A DNA stretch of 64,000 bases from Tubulanus polymorphus. Its lineage: Eukaryota > Animalia > Nemertea. Shown here in pieces: positions 37,576-48,700 of this stretch. The DNA lies in contig NC_134035.1 in NCBI RefSeq assembly GCF_964204645.1, positions 8,898,451 to 8,962,450 on the forward strand, in the 5' to 3' direction. Position numbers and translations under genes: made by a program. Numbering within the stretch: the first letter of the stretch is position 1; each line of letters begins with the position of its first letter. The notes under the pieces are model-generated. The model saw nothing but the letters and a program-made list of their open reading frames with translations. It did not search any database and had not been told where the DNA came from.

Positions 37576-40084
37576 CCTGAATACGTACTAGATTAAATCT
37601 GATCAGCTATTTTAATATAGATTGAATATTGCGCGGCACATGCCGCACACAATGCAAGCTGTAGCATTGTGCAGCAGTGTTGTCAAAATTGCCTTTTCAG
37701 AAATAGTTCCACCACTTACTGACAGAGTAAACCTAAGATTAAGAAACTAATATAATTTGTGATGTACAACAGCACGGCATCCATGTACGCGAAATCGATT
37801 ATTCCGCCGCCAGTTTTTAAACCAGAAACTGTAGACATTGGCAATTTCACGATACACAGGTATCACATACAAATCTATAGCTCATGGTATATACTACGGT
37901 ATGATAAGTTGCCGAGTGTCTTCAGATGTTCACCATTGGGATCTGATCAGTCCTTGACGATTTGATCTGATTAGTGTCAAATGTTGTTCCTATACACCTA
38001 CCTTTTCATTTCTAATTCATTTTTAGCATTTTGTAATTCAAACTGAGATGTTTATCAATCTTACAATGTTATCATTCTTTTTAACTTCTTGTGAAACCCG
38101 GACTAAATTCATTAAATTAACGAACGGAATGACTCACGCTACGCGATCAACGTGCTGTCTCATTATATCGTAAGGTGCTGCCGCTATGCTAATCGTTAGC
38201 GGACTTTTCAAACACTAACAAAAGTCGACTCTGGCAATCACATACGTACGATTGCCAGAGTCGACTCTTGTTAGTGTATGAAAAATCCGCCAACGATGAG
38301 CATAGCGGCAGAACATTATGGTAAGATTATTGTGACATGCAATTCAGGCGAATTTAGTGATGAACACCATTGATCTGTCAGGATTCTCACACCAAGCTGA
38401 GAAGAAGATACCTTACTAGTTATTATAACGAAAATCCGACCTAGATAAAATATTACGAGTTATTGAATACGAATGACACTAAATGATTATTGAATAATAT
38501 TATAGATATGTTGAGATGTTCTGTAAATATTTTTTTAAGTGTATCGATATGCATGTTTTTCTGTCCTTATACGATTGACTTTGTCAGGATGAATAAAATT
38601 ATCTTATCTTATCTTATCTTATCTTATCATGAAAGTAACAAAATATTCCCATATAACCTACAAGTATTAGTGGAGTTAAGTTTTCCTCCTTATGCCATGG
38701 GAATATGATTTGGTGTTTAATAAATATTTGTGATTTTGTTTTTTGATCAGGTTACTCTGCTTTATATAGCCCCACATCTCATTGGCCCAAAATCCTGGAA
38801 TGCCCCCCCCCCCCCTAAACTCATTATTGTTGTGTTGAGGCACATTTAATGTTCACTTTTTAGTTGACTTGAAAAATTCCACCCTAGTGTGTTCAGTGCA
38901 TCTTCAACGCGGCACAGTGTATCGTTAGTTACTAATACTTCACTTTGTTTGACAGGTGCTGCCATGCATAGAGATAAAAACCGATTACTATTTACACCAA
39001 TACACGGCAGTGCGGTGTACTAGCAAAATCCATTACCTATTTATAGACCGCACTGCGGTGTGGACGCACTGAAAGGGTTAAAGATTGGATAGATTTTTAA
39101 GTACAATTTTTTATCATTTTGATACGTATTTCGACTCAACATTCGGTTGAACCAGAAACTAAGTCCCGAGACTTTATAGAGATAAACAGATAACTATAGA
39201 AATTCTGTTTTGTTTTAATTTCTTGTTGAAATGTACACACTTTGTATTGTTAGTTTTGTTAATTGCCAAGTGATATGAATCAGTAAAGTGCGTGACTCCA
39301 AAAAAACTTCTACTTCTTTGGACTTAACGTAGTTCTTATGTTTTGAAGTCTACTCAGTGACATTCATTTATTGCGTGCACTTTGTGAGGGAGAGGGCTTA
39401 ATGTACCTATGTGAAAAAATGGCAGGGAGGGGAGTTAGAAAATTCAAATTTTGTGCGCACGTAATCAATGAATGAAACTTCAGCGTTACACAGTGCGCTT
39501 TCTTGGGGAAAACTTTGTGAAGGCCCTGATTAGTGCTTACTTCTCACTAAAGTGCTGAAGAGAGCTACTTTCTGACTTATACAAGTTATCTAGTAGAATG
39601 TATCAAAAATGTAGGTAATATTACGCAGGGTCCAATCTAAGCACTTAGTCTGATAGCCCGGGATAAGTGTATTTTCATTAGGGCAAGTAGGTTATCATTT
39701 TATCACTTGTCCACTCAGACACTGGACTAGTACAATATTATGTCTCAAAGCTTTTTTTGCCACTCGATACAACAGGGGCCAGTCGCTCAAGAGTTTAGTT
39801 TAAGATAACCGGCAGATAAATAACATAGTGACAATGAACTTTTAATTGTCACTATGTCAACTATCCACTGGTTAACTAAACAACTGCAATGAAGGGCAAG
39901 TTGATTTTTGAAGGGGCTAGCGAAATTTCAGACATGATATCTTGTTTGAAACCGACTCTATTGAATCCGATGACGAATTATGTATTGCCATAATCGCCAT
40001 GATCAGAAACACAAAAGGTTACCAGGGATTTTCTTACCGTATTACATTAGACTGGATGCACCACGTCGCGCTGACAGTTTATTG

Positions 40085-41017
40085 TCAACATTTCAACAAC
40101 TGAAAGAAAGTTTTTCTGAATTGTTTGTTTACAATCAAATAAATGAGTAGATTTACAGAAGAATTGACGACCGATGTCAAGAGGTAGGTTGTGTTCAATA
40201 TTTCCTGTAAAGGAAAGCGTCCTCCCATTTTACCGAGTAAACCTGGAAATTCCAAAACCGTAAATATGATACTCATTGTCAGCACCATTTTCGTCGCTTT
40301 CGACATGCCCTGTTTTTCTGACTCTGGTTTACTAGTCGCTGTAAGAAATTTCCGTTGTTTTGCTTTGACTCGTAAAACAATGATTAGCGCTATATTCGCT
40401 GCGAAAACTAATATATTCGGTATAATGATTCGGAAGATCGGGTCAACGTAACGGTTCATGAGGATAAAACTACTGTCAGGTGAGTAGTACGTTCTGTAGT
40501 GAGGACCGAGTCTGGATCGTTTTTGGAATATAACTCGCATAAGTATAGGGTAATATGAGCACAATGCCACTGAAAATATACATGCAAAGGCAACGATAAA
40601 ATTAATGAAGATATTGCGTTGAACCTTTAAGATGAAAATCATCGTAACTAATCTTTCGCATTGAATTATAACAGTTAAATAGTTACGGAACATTTGAAAT
40701 CCGTTGTTAAACATAGTCATCCATATGTATATGTGAGGGCAGACCCACGTCGCATTGAAATATTTGGTCATATCACCGTACGTAGCGTAGTGAATATAAT
40801 AGCGAACCGGGCCCTGGATGAATTTCGTTACCAAAAACATGTTATCAGCAACAGCGAGACATTTCAGTAAATAGATGCAGCGGTTTTTAGTCTTCATTTT
40901 GACGAATACAATGAGAACGATCAAGTTTAAACCAACTCCGACTGTCAGTATAGGAGGCAAAATGAATCCTATCATAACCCATTTGTGGGCATATGAAGTT
41001 AAAGATGAAGTTATCAT
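40085..41017 (-). CDS. Orphan class A GPCR, copy 10, 310 aa (lacks the N-terminal NST sequon)
   Basis: Intact ORF; shares NATW, LKVQRN and the ICL3 haplotype with pseudogene copy 3. Confidence 0.9.
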   Translation of the reverse strand: MITSSLTSYAHKWVMIGFILPPILTVGVGLNLIVLIVFVKMKTKNRCIYLLKCLAVADNMFLVTKFIQGPVRYYIHYATYGDMTKYFNATWVCPHIYIWMTMFNNGFQMFRNYLTVIIQCERLVTMIFILKVQRNIFINFIVAFACIFSVALCSYYPILMRVIFQKRSRLGPHYRTYYSPDSSFILMNRYVDPIFRIIIPNILVFAANIALIIVLRVKAKQRKFLTATSKPESEKQGMSKATKMVLTMSIIFTVLEFPGLLGKMGGRFPLQEILNTTYLLTSVVNSSVNLLIYLIVNKQFRKTFFQLLKC

Positions 41018-42735
41018 GCTGAATACGTGCTAAATTAAATCCGATGACACTTAGCTATTTCAATATAAATTGAATATTGCGCGGCACATGCAGCACATAA
41101 TGCAAGCTGCAGCAGTGTGGAGCAGTGTTGTCAAAATTGCATTTTCAGAAATAGTTTCCATCACTTAGTGTATACTGACAGGGTACGCCTAAGAAACTCA
41201 TATAATCCGTGATGTACAACAGATGAAACGACATTCATGTATGCGAAATCAATTATTCCGCTGTCAGTTTTTAAACCAGAAACTGTAGACACTGGCAATT
41301 TCATGATACACACACGTAGCTCATGGTATACTGCCGTATAATATGTTGCAGTGTCTTCAAATGTTCAGTGATCAGTTGAAATTGATAAAAAAGAATGCCG
41401 TAAAAATTACAAAAAATCAAAAAATGTTTAAAAAAATCTAACTTAAATTTTGGCTTAATTTATCAAAACAGGTCTGGATATATATAGATCCCTCCCATAG
41501 TATGTATATTGTTAATAGTTTGTTGTAAATAATGTTTGTATGTTCTAAAATAATTTTACTTTCTTTGGTTCTTACAGATCAGGAAATCGACAATTTTCCT
41601 GACTTGTGGCCAAGAATTCCCTGATTAAATCATATGATATCCTTCAGGTTTTCTATATTCAAAATCATTATGAAATGTTCAAGAATATCAACCCCTGATG
41701 ACAAGGATGCTTCATTAAGTCAACAGCTGTTGATATCAAAAAACTTTTGGAATTTCTCATAAATTATCATGGGCATGACTTCAACCCTTGCGGTAAAGAT
41801 CCTTAACCTGGGCTCGGTTCCACAGATGAAAGATGATATACTCTTATATCAAAATCAAGAATTAGATCAGGTATAAATATGAATTTATTGGTAAAATCAT
41901 AATATAAGGTCTTACATAAATCAGGGCGACAATCTTTCTATATACAACTCAATTTCAAGAACAATTACCCTCACAACAAATTGATGGAACAGATTTGAAT
42001 TCATAAACTTAAATTGAAACTTTCAAACGCTACTCACTTGTAGGTGGAATTTACAAATAGATTCCTTCCAAAGTTCAATAATCGAGATCAATTTAGACAC
42101 GATTCATTCGAGATCGCAAACATTTCTAAAAACTTGTTGTTACAGTCAAACTTGCATCAGTCATCGTAGGTGAGACCATCATTTAATAATGACTTATCCA
42201 AATGACAACTTATACTAAGTAAATTGAGAATTGGAAATACACAAATTGGGACTCAAAATAGTGGTATTTCAGGTAATATGACTTACACGTAATACGACTT
42301 ATCTAATGATTACTTAAACAAACTGTATCAACAGTATCATCAAGTGAAAGATTGCACTATAACGTGTAAGACTAACATTAAAGACATTTATATACTATAA
42401 TACTATAAATAGATGAAAAAGATTTTCGGTGATATGTTTTTAAGAAGTTTGAATATGTATGTATATATACAATTCATATGATGAAGGTACCAGTTATAAC
42501 GGACTCGCGAACAACACGTATTCTATCACATTCCCATTCCATTATTCATCTTAAGCACCGATGGTTGAATAGCTTATTTTAATGATTCAAAGTGTTCTTT
42601 CCGAATCGAGTTAAGATATACACTATTATCATATAAAAGGTTTACAAAACTTACAATGTAATATTTTCTGCGATATTTCAAACATTTTTAGTGTTTGTGG
42701 TTGATACGTATGAGCGTTACTGGTGTAGATCGTGT

Positions 42736-45204
42736 TTATTTATCGAATTTCGCTCTTCGCTGTCGGTCGAAACGTCCTTCCATTTCTTCCAAGATTTTCG
42801 GGGCGTATCGTACAACTAGTTTAACCGTACCTGAAAAGTCGAATTATGAAAAGCGATAATTGTTGGGAATGAATTCATCAAATAACTGATCACATATTAC
42901 TCATATCAAGAACAAGTTAAATGAGATGAGGCTTCAGGCAAGTGCCATCGGATCCATATACTAAAGCCTTTTTCGAGTTGGATCTTTTGACTTGAGAGTG
43001 ATATCTAGGTTGGATGATAAAGTAGACTCCGCTCAAGTCAGATCTTTTGGAAACGTGAAAATTTGTGTGACTTGAGTGACAACCAAGATACCCATAGATT
43101 TCATATTTAGTTCATATTAAGTATCACAATAGTATTTCAACAAACTGTTAAAAGGTTATACGAGTTGATCAGATTTGACTTCAGCAGAGACTACTGCACT
43201 GAAACTAAGATCTGAATGTACTAACCATGAGCAGCTTTGAGTAAATCAACTGCTTTTTCATGATGTTCTCCTTCGACTGACTGCAAACAGAGAAAACAAT
43301 ACCATATTTGAGATATACAGGATTACCGTTAATGAAATATGAACAAGACAAAAAACGTTAAAGAAACGTTTAGGATAAAAGGAGATTCTGAAAATATGGA
43401 ATGTTAAAGGAGAATATTTCAAATTTTGAGTAGCATCTGCACCACTTTCATATCCCAGCTACTGTAGACTTCACCTAAATCATACTTTTTATCTCGGCAA
43501 ACCGTAAATTTGTTGGTTTTGTAAGCAATTTTTTTAATCTCTGACACTGCCTAAACTTGGTCTCTAACTCGGTAACCGGTGAAAAAAATCCTGGTTCCAA
43601 CTGTATCGATTTAGGGGTAGTCTACAGTACAACCGTAAACATTTCTAATTGCCAATTTTTCAAAATTGAAGGAATTGGAAAGGATTCTTATGCATTTGCT
43701 TGAATGAATGTAGTTTCTAGCACCATTAAACAGCATTTTTCCGTTAAGGAGTTTCTGAGGAATCAAGGAGGGGTAAGGACCATGTCAATACATACCACAC
43801 CGTTAACGGAAAGGAGTTGATCGCCTCGTTTCAGTCCACCGTTACGATCAGCGACACCTTGTGGTATAATACGCGAAATATAAATCGGCGAATTCTGCTC
43901 TTTGCCGCCCATCACATTGAAACCGAGCCCTTCCTCTGTTTTCGGCAGTTCGATTACGCGAGGGTGAGAATGACCTTCGCTTGCCGCGAACGCTGCAACA
44001 GTCGCCTGAAATATACGCGGATCTGATTGATGAAGTCTGAAATTTTCACATATTTCTACATAAATGTGCATAAATTCATGTGTACATAAATTCACATCAC
44101 TCAAGGTGCAAGTAACATTTTCAGCGGTTACCAATCACAATTTCGACGGATCAAAATAAAATTTCTTCAATTTTGACTCAGCTTGTAGTACATAAAATCT
44201 TAAGACTATTCTGAGCTACACTATAGTATAGTTTTTTCCATAGAAAGGGGATAAATAATAATAATATCTATTTCATCATCAATTTAAAGGAATACAATAT
44301 CACAAATGGAATGTCCAGAACTAGTAGATTGCTGATATAGGGACCTGAACAGAGCCTGTAAAGGCTGTACGATCATGAGGACGTTTGAGTTTTTTTATGA
44401 TTAGTGATTCACGGACTCTTTCCTCCGATTTTTCATTCATTTTCATGATTTTTCAATCATGTAATGGCTACCGTACCTTAGCAGTAGCATTCGCCCTCAC
44501 TTCGGGACTACCGGAAATATCCACAGTCTCGTAAACATGTTCGTAAACCTCGCGCACGGCGTGGAAGAAATCACTCTGTAATACTTTCTGAAGACTGGCT
44601 AGCTTCGCGGATTGAATGTTGTCATCTAAAGAAACATCAGTATGACGAATTTATTTGACATGATTGAGCACTGATCAGCGCTGGTCCAACGTCGGAATAA
44701 CAGAATCATACTGATTACTTGACTGAAGGACGGGCAAATTGAAAATCAGTTATGAAAGAGTATTATTTTAATTATTCACTCACTTTTTTGTAAATCTTCA
44801 AGTAACTCAATAGCTCGGTTAACATCTGAAATCAACAATAGAAAAATCAGCAACTACAGATGGCAAACAACTGTATCTGTATCTGTATGTATTAGTGGAC
44901 GTAACCACTTCTGGCATTGATTGTCAATGGGGGCGAAATGTCTATTGAAAGGATGATCGGATGAACAACATCCCAGCGAAGCAGCCCGCCCTGCAAACAC
45001 TGGCATATCCTTGCAAATTTAGAGGCTGATTGAACAATTCTTCATTAAAAAGTTTTGTAACTTAGAAATATCTTAGTAGTTATCAGCAGCTAAAGCGGGG
45101 CTCGAACCCAAAAACCCGGAAACCAAACGCAAGGGACGATTATCGATTCATTTAAATTGCATTTTACCTCTTTCTAACGTTAAGGGTTCAGCCATCCTGG
45201 ACAT
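42736..45204 (-). CDS. LIN7: Protein lin-7 homolog (L27 + PDZ; Veli/MALS), 195 aa. Exons 45204..45168, 44825..44784, 44625..44477, 44005..43796, 43280..43226, 42830..42736
   Basis: Spliced translation [26 protein letters not shown]...[74 protein letters not shown]...[39 protein letters not shown] closely matches LIN7; GT-AG introns, consistent phases, 588 nt total. Confidence 0.96.
43462..43627. mobile_element. Tc1/mariner-type MITE with TA TSD in LIN7 intron 4
   Basis: TA-ctgtagacttcacctaaatc...gatttaggggtagtctacag-TA; relatives near 50530-50690 and 53640. Confidence 0.65.
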
Positions 45205-45729
45205 AGATATGTAGAACTATCCTTTAATTCAGTGTTTAAACTAAATACGTGGCTATGAACTTCAGAATAAACGCCCTGTCGGTGATTTAGTTGCCAAATA
45301 TTTGACAAAAAACCTAATGTTATGCCAAACAGATCCACACGACCTTCAGCTCAGTTGAACTTGTCTAGGTGGCAGCACGTGCTGGTATAAACACGAGTTT
45401 CGGGCTGAGTGATGGCCTCCCGTATGAGGCCTCCTCAACGGACTTTCCAGCGAGATCGTCAGTGCCCTCATAATCCAATTCGTCAAAAAAAATGAAACAT
45501 TAAATCTTTTTGAAAGTGCCACATAGAATGTAGTATCAGAAGAAAATAGTCAATATCATTCGTAACCAGCGGAAATGCTTGGAGGAGACTGAGGATGAAT
45601 TCTCGCGCGTCATCGTCATTCATCGTCGAGCCTTCGTTCCGATTAGACGGTCTACGTTTTAGATCGCGCGCGCGAAACTGGAGATAATTTTTGCGGGTCA
45701 GAATTTTTCGCGGATTTCGCGGCTGAGAC
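45205..45729. promoter_or_regulatory. Probable bidirectional promoter plus 5' UTRs between LIN7 and the PLEKHA-like gene
   Basis: Divergent start codons ~525 bp apart; CpG-rich; CTCF-like TCTAGGTGGCAGCA overlapping an E-box CACGTG at 45364-45381. Confidence 0.6.
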
Positions 45730-48700
45730 ATGCCGATCATTGCCGCCGATTTAACTCGTGGATTTTTGCCTTATCCGTGGATTTACGGCGTTACCAGCGA
45801 TGGCCGGATTTATTTCATAAAGTGAGTTACGTCCTTTGAATTTTTGTTGTAGTTTTTATACGCTGTCAAAGTAGAAATCAGATAGCAAAGAAGTTTTTGG
45901 CACGATTGTCGTCATATCACTGTGAGACTTCTATACACACTGATACATTATCCTCAACTGCCAGTGTAGACTACACTTTCTTTATCGTTATCAATCTGTC
46001 TTTTTTCAGTGATAAGACAAAGACGACGAGTTGGCTTCATCCTGCAACCCGGAATCCTGTCCAAACCGGTTTCAGGACAGCTACAGGTAAAGTGTGCTGA
46101 GACCACATGTCAATGTTTACAGTTAGGTTTGAACTTGGGCATTGACTTGCATTCCGGCCCTTTGAAATTTAGATAAAAGAGAATTATTAGCATGAATTTC
46201 CTTTATTATTAAAATCGAATGTGAATTATCATTTACATGATAAATGATTATGTCGAGTCCAATAGCATAAAACTTAAATAAAATCATGTAAACAAAAAGG
46301 GAGCCTTCAATTACGGATCTTTATTACGGGTAGCATATTTTAAGTAGATTGGTGTTTGATATGAAAAAAAAAGAATTAACGATTGGACCACATTAGTTTA
46401 GCTTATGTATTTTTATCCTATACTTCACAATCATATCTACAACCAACCAGTTGAATCCCCTGAGTTTTTCTGCTGGCTATTTCCAGAACAATTAATTTCT
46501 AACCTTAATTATATTTATCTTTAACTCATCTCATCGGCATTCATTAAATTCCGTTAATTACAAATCTTAATTAACATCGGTTGTTTACATGGTGCGTTCT
46601 TGAGTAGAACTTGTATAATGTAAACTGTGCAGTCTCCGGAATACGGACTTATTCAATGTTAATTGCCTTCTCTTGGAGAGATCTTTCATCAGCTGATTTC
46701 CTATTACTAGACCAGCATCGTGCTCTGAAAGTCCGTTTGACATTTATGCGATCTTGTCACAAGAGTCGTGACACCGATACTGTGGAATTCCCGTCACTAA
46801 CGACGAGCACTCTAACTACTATTGTCTCATGAAAAAGCGCTGTTGTAATAATAGAACGATGACCACACTCAAACAATGGTGAATGGATAATAAGATAAAA
46901 AGGCACTATTTACAGATTAAAAGAATTTAAAAACAAGAATTTATTTATTCAATCTAAAATATATATATAAGCAGTGTTTTCAATAAGAGCCAGATCCCAG
47001 GTCCCAGACCTGTCTGTTGTTTGTAAAGGACCCGCCTGTTTTTTCAAACCAGCTTTCGTTTCAGGGACTGTGACATAGGGGGGACCCTCCTGCTTTTCAA
47101 AGGGACCTGGCTTGTTAATTTCTTATTGAAAACACTGATAAGACACAACGTTTCGATCTCACCCTAGAGATCATCGTCAGAGTACACTCGTCACACCTGA
47201 CGATGATCTCTAGGGTGAGATCGAAACGTCGTGTCTAATATATATTTTAGATTGAATAAATAAATTCTTGTTTTTAAATTATTTTAATCTGTAAATAGTG
47301 CGTTTTTATCTTATTTGCTGTTGTAATAAATTCCTCTGAATCGCAGTCGTTGGGATCGATCGTGAAGATAGATTTCTCCTGGAAAAATTTTGAAATAAGA
47401 AAAATCTATAATCAACGACGCAAATGTGTGAAAATTCAAGAAAAGTGTCTCAAAATATTTAGATCTCTGTTTTATGCCGTTCAGAAATCATGCACTAGCT
47501 GGGTCAGATTTCATTTGAATCTCTTTGGAACCGCTCAAAATGTTATTGTATGATGTGAAAAAATGTTGAAATCCTGCAATTTCGTGAAAATCTGAAAAAA
47601 GGCAATTGCAATATTCGTGTAATTTCTTCAATATTCGCGTTTGACAAGATCTTCATTGTCACAGTTATAATAACTCTAAACCTTTTTAGAGACCATGATA
47701 AGGTGCACACTAAACAAATTATTCACCAGTGCGTTTATGTCCTTACAGCCATTTACCTGGAAATCAGGGAATTTTATTTTCCTTAAAAAAAAGGAATTTC
47801 ATTTTTAGAAAATGCTAAAAATCAGTGAAAAGTCTGGGAGATTTGCTGAGATTGCTAGATCGCGCATAGAATTAAACCGTTTCTGTCTATTTTTAACGTA
47901 TTAGACTGTGTTAATTGATCGGATTCTTAGCAGTTTGAGTCAGGGAAAACAACGTAGATTTCAGGGAATAGTCAGGGACAAGAAAAATACTTACAAAGAA
48001 AATATTGGCGCCTGGTGGAAAAATGGAGAATGTAGTAATATGTAGATATAGGTGAAATGTGACATGGAGGTTTGTGTATTTGGGGATTTTTAATGTTACT
48101 AGGGGTCCACGGACACCATGGTCACTTTGGTCACGTTGCCTTTTGTGTTCTCTAATCATTCTAATAGGGTGTATTACTTTATGTCACCATTGCCACTATA
48201 TATACTTGTAAAGTCACATACGTAAAGATGTATATTTCTTACCTTATTTACTTGGTGAACAACTGTTTAATTTTCTTATGTTCGGGGATTCAACTGGACA
48301 ATCATAACGGATTTTTTTGAATCCCCAGACAAACTTATGTTATAACGTTATAACCTGTTGTTTTTGTATTATAAATGATCAGAAGTTTGTCAAATGAATG
48401 AAAAAATGGATGTGATTATAATACTGGTGTATATTAAAGTTAGGCATCACCCACAATACGTCAGCTGTCATTAACTAAATGTTATAACTTTTCATTAGGT
48501 GTGTCAATCCATGGTTTATATATTATTTGCAATAATTTGTCATTATCAAATTTGCTGCCTTTAGGAATGATAGGAAAGAAGCAGCTGTTTCATGTTTGCT
48601 GCACCCAGTGCCTCGTAGGTTACAGTATTAGAGTGGGTTAATTGCTTGTAACTGCTGGTTGTAAACTATAATGCAGATGTTTCGATGACGTTTTATGTGA

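Larger units (their letters stand above)
11156..41375. repeat. Tandem segmental array, unit ~3.1-3.5 kb, 10 units (one collapsed to 771 bp)
   Basis: Equivalent GPCR stop positions at 12348, 15795, 16566, 20016, 23127, 26595, 30051, 33529, 36637 and 40085; intergenic sequence near-identical between units. Confidence 0.97.
46889..47315. mobile_element. Long fold-back element (Penelope-like inverted terminal repeats) with hammerhead-ribozyme cores, interrupted by a MITE
   Basis: Arms ~46889-47180 (excluding the insert) and 47197-47315 are reverse complements; CTGACGA-stem-GAAAC in each arm. Confidence 0.7.

Noticed and set aside
12523-40451. Plus-strand ORFs inside the GPCR genes (MFNI...)
   Set aside because: Antisense shadows of the GPCR coding frame.
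45090-45125. GGTTCGAGCCC B-box/T-arm-like motif on the minus strand in LIN7 intron 1
   Set aside because: No cloverleaf or A-box can be built; at most a tRNA or SINE relic.
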